A stretch of DNA of 64,000 bases. It comes from Azolla caroliniana. Lineage: Eukaryota > Plantae > Polypodiophyta. Both the position numbers and the translations under genes were made by a program. This document shows, piece after piece, positions 1 to 10,800 of the stretch. Location of the stretch: assembly GCA_043228905.1 (NCBI GenBank), contig JBHGNT010000001.1, forward strand, positions 21,638,001-21,702,000, in the 5' to 3' direction. Numbering within the stretch: position 1 is the first letter of the stretch; every line of letters starts with the position of its first letter. Under the pieces are notes generated by a model. That model searched no databases and was not told where the DNA came from. It saw only the letters and a program-made list of their open reading frames with translations.

Positions 1-2911
1 TTCAAGCTCATCGGCTCCAACTACTCAGTGTGGAAGTCGAAGATGAGGGACATGCTGGTGGTTAAAGATCTTTGGTTGCCGATACAGTTTAAGGACAAGA
101 AAACAGATAAGATCGATGCCGCGACATGGGAGGTTATGCACATGAAGACGACGTCGTACATCCGGTGCTTCATCGACATGAGCCTGTACAACAACTTCAA
201 TGAAGAAAGTAAGGCTCATGAACTCTAGGAGAAGATCGGCATCATGTTCCAGAACAAAAATGTAGTTAATCGGGTTTCGGTATTCCGGAAGTTAGTGAGG
301 CTTCAGTATGGCAGAGCACATGAATACCTTCCAGGGACTAATACACCAAGCCACCTCGTTGGAAGTACCTCTCACGAATGAGGTACTCGCATTGCTCCTG
401 CTCGGTTCCCTCCCGGATAGTTGGGAGATGTTAGTTGTCATGTTGGGCAACGCCGGGACGGAAGGAAAGCAGTTGTCCCTAACAAGGGTAAAATCAAGCT
501 TGCTAGATGAAGAAGCTCGTTGAAAGGACCGGGAGTTCGGAACCGACCCGAAGGCCTTGGTTATGGAAGATGACCACAACCGGAGAAGAGGCCGGTATCG
601 GAGTCCCCAAAACCGGGACAAATCAAGGACGAGGTTGAAGTCAAGGGGGAGGCCTACTTGCTTCTACTGTGGGAAGTCGGGCATTTCTGGAAAGAGAAAG
701 GAACCGATAGTGCCGATTTGAAGAAGGGTTCGGACCGGAAAGGGTCGGATCGGAAGGGAATGTCGGCAATTGCGACAAGTGAAGAAAAATTGATGCTCAT
801 TACCGAGGAGAATGAGTTAAACCTTATTTGCGACGAGAAAATGTGGGTTGTCGATTCCGGAGCATCGTTCCATCTGACACCGGACCGAAGATGCTTCTCA
901 TCCTACACTACCGGAGATCACGATTGTGTCCGGATGGGGAATGAAGGGACCTACCGAATTATCGGCATAGGAGATGTATTGTTGACGACATCAACCGGGT
1001 GCAAGTTGGTGCTGAAGGATGTCTGACACGTTCCGGAGGTTCAGTTGAACCTGATATCAGTCAGTTGGCTAGATGATGAAGGCTACACGGGTAGCATCCG
1101 GAATGGGGTCATGAAGTTCAGCAAGGGAAGCTTGATCATGGCTCAAGCCCGGAAGATCAACACGATGTACATGATGCATGCCCGGATATGCCGGGAAGAA
1201 GTGAACGTAGCATTTGACACTGCCGGTGAGATGTGGCACAAGAGACTATGTCATATGAGCCAAAAGGGGATGAGAAGACTTGCCAAAGACAACCTCATTT
1301 CAGAGGTGAAAGACGTGCATCTTGAGAAGTGCACTGATTTCTTAGCCGGTAAGCAAAACCGAACCTCCTTCCGGTCAAGACCACCAATGAGACGGAATGC
1401 ACCATTGGAGTTGGTGCATACCGATGTGTGTCAAGTGGACACAAATTCACATGCCGGATCGCAGTACTTCATGACGTTCATAGATGACCACAACCGGAAG
1501 CTATGGGTCTCACCATTGAAGATGAAGGATCAGGTGTTGTCTTTCTTCAAGGAACTCCACGCGAGAGTGGAAAGAGAAACCGGTCGGAAGCTAAAAGCAG
1601 TTCGAGCAAATAACGGAGGAGAGTATCGGGGGCAGTTCGAGGAGTATTGTCGGTCAAAGGGAATCCAACTCGAATTCACCGTGCCGAAGACGCCGGAATT
1701 GAACGGATTGGCCGAACGGATGAACCGGACCGTGATGGAGAGAGTCCAGAGCATGCTAGCACATGCAAAGCTACCCAAGACGTTTTAGGTTGAGGCGCTG
1801 ATGACGGCGACGTATGTGATCAACAGATCACCCTCAGCACCCTTGGATGGAGACACACCACAGAGAGTATGGACCGGTAAAGACGTGTCTTACCAACATC
1901 TGAAGGTGTTCAGGTGTCTCGCATATGTGCATGTTGCAAAAGACAAGAGAGCAAAGTTGGATCCGAAATCCCGGCCATGCATATTCCTCGGATACGACGA
2001 TGATGATTTCAGTTACTGGGTTTGGGATTTGGTCGACAAGAAGGTGTTCCGGAGTCGGGACATAGTCTTCATGGAAGTCAGAACCATTGTTGAATGGGAG
2101 TCGGAGAAGATGGTGATGAACCCCGGATCATCCAATGAAAACTAGCTTGAGGACACAAGGACTTACCCGGTTGAAAACCGGACGTTAGCCGGGAACCAGA
2201 TGACACTCAACGAACTGACCGAATTTGGACAAGAAACCGAACCGACTGAAGAAGAAGAAGAAGAAGACACCGGAACCGAACAAGATCCCGAAACGGATTC
2301 GGATTCGGAACAAACAGAGGAACCGATAGTTAGAAACCAAGGACGAAGATACCCTCTTAGAGAGAGAAGAGCCCCCTCGAGATTTCCGGATGTAGAGCAC
2401 GTATTGCTGACCAATGAGGGAGAGCCAAAAAGCTTCAAAGAAGCAAAGAAAGACACCCACAGCCGCAAGCGGTTGAGTGCCATGTAGGACGCGATGGATT
2501 CCCTACATGAGAACCACACATATGAATTGATGGAACTGCCGAAAGGAAAGAGAGCACTCCTGGAATAATTGGGTGTACAAGTTGAAACCGAGAGACACCA
2601 GAAATCCACCGAGGTACAAGGACCGGATCGTGGTGAAGAGTTTCCTACAAAAGAAAGGTGTGGATTTTGATGAGATCTTTGCCCCGGTAGTAAAGATGAC
2701 ATCCATCCGGACGGTATTGAGCATAACAACAAGCATGGACCTCGAGGTAGAGCAACTGGACGTCAAGACGACATTCCTACATGGCGACCTCGAAGAAGAG
2801 ATCTACATGCATCAATCGGAAGGATTTGAGAGGAAAGGGAAGGAGCACCTAGTATGCCAGCTAAAGAAGAGCTTATACGAATTGAAGCAAGCCCCCCGGC
2901 AATGGTACCGG

Positions 2912-3575
2912 TGTCACGAAGAAAACTGTCCCTAAGAGGAAACGAGAGGAACCGTGCATGAACCAACCCTTCCATGTGTGGGCATGTGAATTGATAACTT
3001 GTACATAGTTATGTGTAGGGCGGCTGATGTAAATATACTAGGTATGACACATTTATTAGGAAATTGATGCGTATCTCTGTCCAAAGGGACATAGAATAAA
3101 GTAATGTGACTGTGACTAACGGAGAAGGGTCTCCTCCCCCCCCCCCCCCCCACGACTTATATAAGGGAGAAGAGGAGGAAGAACAGGTCATCGTGCGTTA
3201 GCGAGGACGAAGTGCTACCGGACCGTGTACTGAGCTCTCTCTCTCCTCCTTCGGTTGTCATTCTCTGCGGGTTTTGGAGATCGTCGCCTCTGCTTCGTGA
3301 ATAGCCCGTGCACTCCCATCAGAGGCTCTCCCTTCGCGTTTCTGTGCTTGGCATGTGACACCTGTGTATGTGGGTGGACTCCCGTGTTGGGTCCGTTGCT
3401 GGTGTGTCGATTGTAATCGTTTTTGGTGTTATAATCGAATTGTTCTATTTTCTCTCTCTCTCTCTCTCTTTCACTGTGTTCAACAAAACGCTCTCTCTCT
3501 CCTCTCTCATGCTCCTTGGTTCAGGGCCCCCGTGGTTCCGTCTCCTTTCACCCGCGAAAGCATAGTAACACGACA
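2912..3575 (+). mobile_element. Solo LTR (family X, copy 1) inserted in the RT of copy A
   Basis: Termini TGTC...GACA. It interrupts QWY/RKFDS, with a 4-bp duplication CCGG/CCGA. Contains a TATA-like ttatataag and CT tracts, with no coding capacity. Confidence 0.8.
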
Positions 3576-4670
3576 CCGAAAGTTCGACTCCTTCATGACG
3601 GATCAAGGGTACCACAAGACGCAAGCTGATCACTGCGTGTTTGTGAAGAAATTTGATGGAGGAGATTTCCTGATATTGCTCCTGTACATGGATGACATGT
3701 TGATCGTCGTACGAGACCAAGTCAAGATATGAATGCTGAAGAAGGCCCTAAACCGGACTTTCTCAATGAAAGATTTGGGTCCGGTAAGGCAGATATTAGG
3801 GATGCACATAATCCGGAACCGGTCAGAGAAGTTGTTTTGGTTGCACAGCAGAAGTACGTGACAAAGGTGTTTCAAAGATCAACATGTCGTAGGCGTAACC
3901 GGTCAGATCGGCACTTCCGGCAAACTGCAAGTTGTCCGAAAAGCAGAGCCCGAAGACAAAGGCAGAGAAGTTGGAAATGACGAAGATACCATATGCCTCT
4001 GCCGTCGGAAGCTTAATGTACGCAATGGCGTGCACCCGGGCGGATATTGCATATACCGTCGGAGTCGTCAGCCGGTTCATGAGCAACCCGGGAAGAGAGC
4101 ACTAGAACACGATCAAGTGGATACTCCGGTATCGGAAAGGCACCTAGAGTATGTGCCTCCGATTTGGCTCCGGTAAACCACAACTTGACGGATTCACGGA
4201 TTCGGATATGTCAGCTGATGCGGATACCGGCCGTTCTTCATCCAGATATGTCATGACTTATGCAGGGGGAGCTATATCATGGTAGTCGAGGCTGCAGAAG
4301 TTCGTTGCACTATCAACAATGGAAGCAGAGTATATAGCAGTTGTGGAAGCCGGCAAGGAAGTAATATGGATGAAAGACTTCATCGGAGATCTAGGGATCC
4401 GAGAGGAGGAATACCGGCTCTACTGCGACAATCAAAGTGCCATCCACCTTGAGAAGAACGCGGCCTACCATTCCCGGACCAAGCACATCCAGAGGAGATA
4501 TCACTGGCTCCGGGAGAAGGTAGAAGATCAAGACTTCGTGCTGACGAAGATCCACACGAAGGAGAATGGATCAGATATGCTGACCAAGGTGCTTTCAACC
4601 AACAAGCTGGACGAGTGTCGAAGACGGATTGGACTAACGAGAAATCCCATGCTGAAGTGAAGGAGGAGTT

Positions 4671-5212
4671 TGTTGGGAATTCGATTCCTCCATATGAGAT
4701 CCGAATGAGAACCGGACGAGCCGGATCAGACGGGCTGGATGAAGGAACCGGATCCGAAAGGGTTCCTGATGAGACTTGGAAACCGGATTGAGTGAATCCG
4801 GATGGATCCGGTGCAAACCGGATCCAAGGACATATGTGTAAATGTGTTTCATGGTGAGCCCATCAAGGCTATATTTGTAAATAGCTCAAATTTCATATAA
4901 GTATAAATATGACTTAGGGCAATTACTTTAGTAGAGATAGAGTGTGTACATAGAGAGTGGGTGAGAGAGTGATATATAAAACTAGTTTTCTGTTGTAACC
5001 TCCGGTTTGGCGAAGACATAGAGCTCGAGGTCGTTGCCTCAGAGTCTCACATTGTATTCTCCCTTTATAGTGATACTTGGAGTTCGTGGGTTCCCGTGGT
5101 TTTTGCCATTTAGGGTTTTTCACGTAAACATCATGTGTCATCTAGGTGTTAGGTTGTTTTTCTTCCGTTCGTTGTTTAAGACTCGGTTGTGAAGAGTGCT
5201 ATTTTCCGCACA
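4671..5212 (+). repeat. 3' LTR of copia copy A
   Basis: Starts TGTTGGGA immediately after the PPT and ends ...ccgcaCA. Shares the family motifs tataaatatgacttagggc and ttagggttttcacgtaaa. Confidence 0.8.
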
Positions 5213-7500
5213 AATCGTTGAGCTCTACTTCCATTACTACACCATATAGTTTAGTGAGCGTATGACCTATCATAATGGTCCTATATGTATTTGGGTCCAT
5301 TGGGTCCCCTCCTTTATGTATAAGGGCCACTATGTTCATGGTCCATTGTGGTGGAAAACCCTTGGCAAGGGTGTGGTTGAAGATTAGAGTGATAAAATGA
5401 GTGAGGCACTCTCGAGCATATATTATGTCTTCAGTTCGCAATCCTGTGTGGTCCATGGACTTCCTATGTTGTAATTTGTTTATGACCTTCGTGACCCTAG
5501 AGGTTGTGAAAAGTGTCCCCGTGGTAGGTCGAGGTGTGGAAGGCATTGGAATGGGTGGTTGGTTCGGGACGTGCTAGAGTCTCTCTGTATATGTGTGCCA
5601 AGTGTTGGGATCCTCGATGGGTGTTTGTGGTCTCGGTTCCCGTAGTCTCTTCCATGCAAGGGCGCAGTCCCTACACATGAGCATGCGGCAGAGTTCCCAA
5701 TATTGAGATGCTTCCCAAGCTTGTCTTTTACGACACGTCATCTTGCGCATCTCTTTGCGAGCATGTACTGAGGAAATAGTACCACTAAGTTGCGACAAGC
5801 TCAAAGTATAGGAAGCTATGGTCTACACTAATAGGGCATGGGGCCACCCGGAAGGAGTTAATCATGTGGGTAGCTTCAGGGCATCCTATTAGGTAATCAA
5901 CTGTGCTTTCCCCTCCTCCATGTGGGAAACATGTGAGCTCTTTTGAGCCTGACCACTTGGGTAAACCATTATATATGATCATATGGTGTCAACTTCCAAG
6001 TTCAAGCAGATGATGGCCAAAGCTTGTGGCGTATGCACCTTGGTCTTTTGATCTACATGTGATGCATATGGCTAAAGGGTCGACACTCATCATTTCTAGG
6101 TTTTTATCCATATGAAATATTGTGCATTGTTGGGATTGGGTTCTCGCATTGAAATCTCCTATGAGTAAGAATTCCCCTTGAGAAGAATATTGGATTATGT
6201 CATCCGATAAAGGTTCGTATGGAGAAGGTCCATGTGACACTCCTTCATCAACTATACTCGCCTCTCCAGCCATATTATACCGGGATCCTTTCGGGGGGAA
6301 GTAACAAATGGCAAAATATTGCCCAATCCTTGCTAGTGAGGACTTAAACCCACATAAAATGGGCTTCTGGGTCTGCCTTTAGTATTTCTATCCTCTTATG
6401 TATCTCTCTCCAAAATAGTATTGCAACCCCTCTAGACCCTCTAGTAGCGTGTCGACGTGAGGTTTTTCTAAAGACAGATTCCCAACGAAAACCTTCAACT
6501 TGTGGTTGTCCTCTATTTGGGCTTTGATGTGTTTCTACTAAGAAGAGTATATCAGATACCTTCAAAATCCCCTCTAGATGGCTAGGGTGTGTCCAAAGTG
6601 CACCGTTACAATTCCATAAAGTCATCCTAATTTTATTGTCTATCACATGGGGCACACGCCATCAATTGGCTGCGCAATCCTTTATTATCACTCGCCTGTC
6701 TCGGTAAAAGGCGCGATGCCCTTCTTTACGAGCTTGTATGACTCTCAACATACAAGTTTTACGGTGCTCAATTTGCATCTTGGTGAGGTCTTCATCTAGG
6801 AAGATAGGGTCCCTGCCTAATCCTCGAAGAATTGGTCTCTTCTTAAAAAATGTGATTCTAGATTCCAAGTCTTTAAACTAAAAGACTAAAGCTCTCTTCC
6901 TAGTAGTGTCACGTCTGACCCTTCAAGTTTTGGTGATTGGTACCCTAACATTTTCCCGAGTGTTTGTGCATCTTCGTCAGGAGATGCCCCTTCCTTGAGC
7001 CCAATGACACGTACATTTAGACGTCAAGGTTGATGCATTTTCTCTTCCTCAAGGGTAGTGTTTACAATATTTTCATCCTTTAGTTCCTTTTTAATGTTAT
7101 GTTTTACTACATTGACCCAACCGGGTTTTCGCTAATTCCATGTCACTTCTTACCTCTTCCTTAACCTTTGTATTCTCGTCCTTAATATTCTCTAGGGAGG
7201 ATATTTCACCATCTTCCCAAGAGGCCTCGACGTCATTAACTTATTTCTGAAGGTTCATGTTTTCTATTTTGAGTTTCGCTATTTCGGCTATAAGCATCTC
7301 TTTTTCTTCCTTATCTTTTTGCTTTTGAGATTCGATCTCGTTTGCCCATTTTTCTATTTTAACTAAACGATTAAAGACATCTAAGAATTCTTCCTTACTT
7401 ATAGTTTCTTCGTGTGTTTCCTTATGGTCTTTTCGTTTAGAAGTCAGGTTGTAATTCAGAAGATAGAAGAAAAAGAAAAGGACAGAAAACTTAACCAAGC
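5213..7500 (-). mobile_element. Degenerate non-LTR retrotransposon (LINE): ORF1 plus APE endonuclease and the start of RT
   Basis: ORF1 pieces: coiled coil at 7241-7498 and IFLDEDLT at 6662-6868. APE motifs TLWNCNG, LVETH, GDFNAR, STVDY and DHS. RT N-terminal motif ALIHKGG..DPNTYRTI is cut by the copia LTR at 5212. Confidence 0.85.
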
Positions 7501-7730
7501 ATCGGTGGATGTCTCATCCACGTCATTCACTTCTTGAACTCATAATCAACCCGCCAAAAAAAAGACCTCGCGTGCCACGTACAAGCGCACGACCACAACT
7601 TTATCAAGAAGATGCACTCTCTTGTTTACTCGACCGATGGCGGCAGATGATGACGACGACAACAGAAGAAGACAACGGCGGTAGCAACGCAGACGACAAC
7701 AGTGGCGACAAAAGAGTCATTAGCAGCCGT

Positions 7731-7731
<1 letters not shown>

Positions 7732-7776
<45 letters not shown>

Positions 7777-7842
7777 GCACGCAACAAATATGCTTGCATG
7801 CATGTATGTATGCATACATAACAACATGCATGCATGCATGTA

Positions 7843-7873
<31 letters not shown>

Positions 7874-8470
7874 GAGAGAATATGAGCAAGGAGAGGAGAC
7901 AGTCGCAGACATCACAGAAACCAAGCCATGGGCAGGCAGGCATGCCAACCAAACCAAGACCAAATGTTGGGATGGTATGGGTCGGTTCATTCCTTCGCCT
8001 TTCCATTCCATTTGGGCTTCCACAATGAAGAAGAGAGAGGTCAATTTCTTGTTTTGTTTTTGTGAGGAGGAAGGGAAATTAGTGAGAGTGAAGAGAGAGG
8101 AAATATTGTGTGTGTGTGTGTGTGTATGCGGGGGCCCCCTTTCCCCATCCCTCCCTCCCTCCCCCTTCTTCTTCTTCTTCTTCTTCTTCTGTCTCCTTCT
8201 CCTTCTCCTTCTCCTTTTCCTTTTCCTTTTCCGAAGCTCTCCGATCTCTTTCTCTTTCTGCATCAGAAGACGACGAAGGAACCTCCCACTGCTTAATCCT
8301 CCCCTCTTCTCTCTTCTCTCTTCTCTCTTCTCTTTCTTCGCCCACACCACACCCTCACACACACAGGGTCACGCAACGTTAGCCTCATCTATCTTCTTCC
8401 TTCACACCGTCACACACTCGCCAATCCCCTAACCCTAATCATCTTCACTCCCACAGACACACAGACACAC

Positions 8471-8522
<52 letters not shown>

Positions 8523-8550
8523 TCAGACAGACAGACAGACAGACAGACAG
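7732..8550. repeat. Microsatellite cluster: (GA)n, (TATG)n, (TG)n, (CTT)n, (GACA)n
   Basis: Directly visible simple repeats upstream of the SPL gene. Confidence 0.9.
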
Positions 8551-9630
8551 GCAGCACAAAAGGAACAGTCGCAGACATCACAGAAGGAATATAAAAACAC
8601 TACCCCTTACTTTCTTTCACTGACATACCAACTAAAGAATGAAACCCCCTCCTAACGCTAATCTTCCTTAACAGAGACAGGACAAGACGGAAATCAATAA
8701 ATCCTAACCCTAATCAGCCTTAGGAACAGAAAATATCCTCTGCGCTTTTTTACACATATTGGAAGAGAAGATTCCTAATTCTTCATCAAGTAAGTCGTCT
8801 CCCTTTTTTCCTTTTTTTTGTTTGTTGCTGTGCCTGTTTTTTTTCTTTTTCCTTTTTAGAGGTTTACTGCATTCTCGCACTAATTTCTACGAAACCCTAT
8901 AATGTTTCCGACGAAATGGCAAATTTTCATATTTCTTCTTCTTCTTCTGCTTCTTTTGATAACTCCATAGCTCTGTGTATCTCGTTAATTTTCTTATCAA
9001 CGACCATGTTTCTCTCTACTTCTCTTCCTTTATCTCTCTTTTACTTAAAGAAATGTTTTTGCTCTCGCCTGGATCTTATAGAAACAGAGTTGATGAAATT
9101 GAAGGCTTGACTCTCTTCTGAATATTACCATTTTGAACAGAGAAGTTCATCTTCTCTATCGACAAAGTGTGTTTCTCTTCTGATGATTGATTGCTTCGTA
9201 CAACAACTTTCGTTAATGCATGCTAACTTGTTTGCATCCAAGTTTTTTTTAATCTCCTTCTTCTGGCTCCCTTTGTAATGCTTTCTAATGTATTGGGTTT
9301 CTGTGTTAATATTATCTTTACAGCTCTTTGCATATGCTCATGACAAAGAGTACATTGCTTAAAAAAATTCAATTATTGCTAGAGCTTATTGTGCCTTTTC
9401 CTTATGATTCCATTTTGCATCTACTCATTAACAGAACGAAATTGCTTGATCTATTTTGCCTAAATCTAAATTCTATAACTAGTCTAGTCTATATTTCCTT
9501 CTGTAGGTTTTTGCATCTACTTAAACTTTTTCCGCTCATTATAGATTGTAATTGTGTTTACCATATTATTCTCTGTTTTTGCCCGACGAATTGTAAATCA
9601 AGTTTCACGAAAATTGTGATCTGGATGTAG
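8420..9630 (+). promoter_or_regulatory. Probable SPL promoter and 5' UTR with a leader intron (~8790-9506) and telo-box-like motifs
   Basis: Donor AA|GTAAGT at 8790 followed by T-rich sequence and acceptor ttctgtAG at 9506; a second possible donor GTGAGC at 9631. ctaaccctaatc motifs at ~8429 and ~8704. No transcript evidence. Confidence 0.4.
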
Positions 9631-9665
9631 GTGAGCTTTATTAAGTACTCCTCATCCTCCTTATG

Positions 9666-10095
9666 GACATGGAAGGACAAGATTTTAAAGCACTTTCAAT
9701 CCTCTTCTTGAAGGAAATGAAATGATAAAAATTTGGAAGTATTCCTCTTCAAAGGATAAATGATTATGTGAGCTCCTTAAGGATTTCAAAAGATTAAAAC
9801 GTGGAACAAAACATAATAATTGATGACTTCAGAGGACAAGATTCGGTAGTAATCCTTCTCCCTGAGAATGCAAAAGATAAAATATAGACGGAAACCTCTT
9901 ACAGATTTCAAAGGATAAGATTTGGAAGGAAACGCCCCCGTAAGGACATCAAAGGATAAAGTTGTGGTAGTAGTATTCTTCCTTGAAGATTTCAGAGGAC
10001 AAGTTTTAGACGGAAACCTCCTCCCTGAGGGTTTCAAACAACAAACTTTGGTAGGAAACCTTGTCCTTACGAACATCAAAAGGATAAGCTTTGGA
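9666..10095 (+). repeat. Degenerate ~42-bp tandem repeat directly upstream of the SPL ATG
   Basis: Units start at ~9782, 9825, 9867, 9904, 9945, 9988, 10030 and 10072. Consensus is about gatttcaaaggataagwtttggwaggaaacctyctycctgag. Confidence 0.7.
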
Positions 10096-10111
10096 TCGGA
10101 ACAACCTTGGG

Positions 10112-10800
10112 ATGGAAAGAAATGTGGGCTCTCAAGTGGCTGCAGTATCAGAAGATTTTGGATATGGAAAGCATTCTCAACACCGCTTTCTTCCGCACAA
10201 GGTTCAAAACGTGTCATGGCTGTATCCACGGATGAAATCCAGTACAGAGGCACTGAACATAGAAGACACTCGTGATAGAGATGAGGGCAGTGCACCTTTG
10301 AAGTCATCACAATGTTGGGATGGGTTTTCTTTTATGGTGGATTCAGATATTGATAATGGATCATACAAAGAGAAATTATCAAATGGTTGCAGGAAGGATT
10401 TGCTTCATAGGAAGAGGCAAATAGATCTTGGACTTGATCACAAGAATGAGAAGGATATCACTGATGCTGAACTTTGTGCAGCAGAAGAAGAGAGGAGAAA
10501 ACATTCCCTTTTCACAGATGACAGTCCTACACATGGAATTTCATCTAGCAATGAGGAAGCTAGTACATTTTCTCTTAAATTGTGCCCTGATTCCATTGAT
10601 GATATTGCAAGGAATACAAAACGCATCCGCCCATCCTCTCCTAGTAGCCAACATCCAGTTTGCCAGGTGGACGACTGCAATGCGGACCTAACTCAAGCTA
10701 AGGATTATCATAGACGGCACAAGGTTTGCGAGTTGCATTCCAAAGCACCTCACTCTCTTGTACAAAGAAAAATGCAAAGGTTCTGTCAGCAATGTAGCCG
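10112..10800 (+). CDS. SPL: SPL exon 1 (N-terminus and first part of the SBP domain)
   Basis: ATG at 10112; ends CQQCS-R|GTGAGA, the conserved SBP intron position. Confidence 0.92.

Larger units (their letters stand above)
1..5212 (+). mobile_element. Degenerate Tnt1/Tork-like Ty1/copia LTR retrotransposon (copy A); 5' end lies outside the window
   Basis: Fragmented gag (WKSKMRDML), protease (WVVDSGASFH), integrase (LVHTDVC, PELNGLAERMNRT), RT (FAPVVKMTSIRT, YMDDML) and RNase H (YCDNQSAIHL, TKHIQRRYH) with many stops and frameshifts. PPT at ~4659-4668, 3' LTR 4671-5212. Inserted into the LINE below. Confidence 0.93.

Noticed and set aside
7626-8432. Low-complexity ORFs of 60-210 aa
   Set aside because: They are microsatellite translations.
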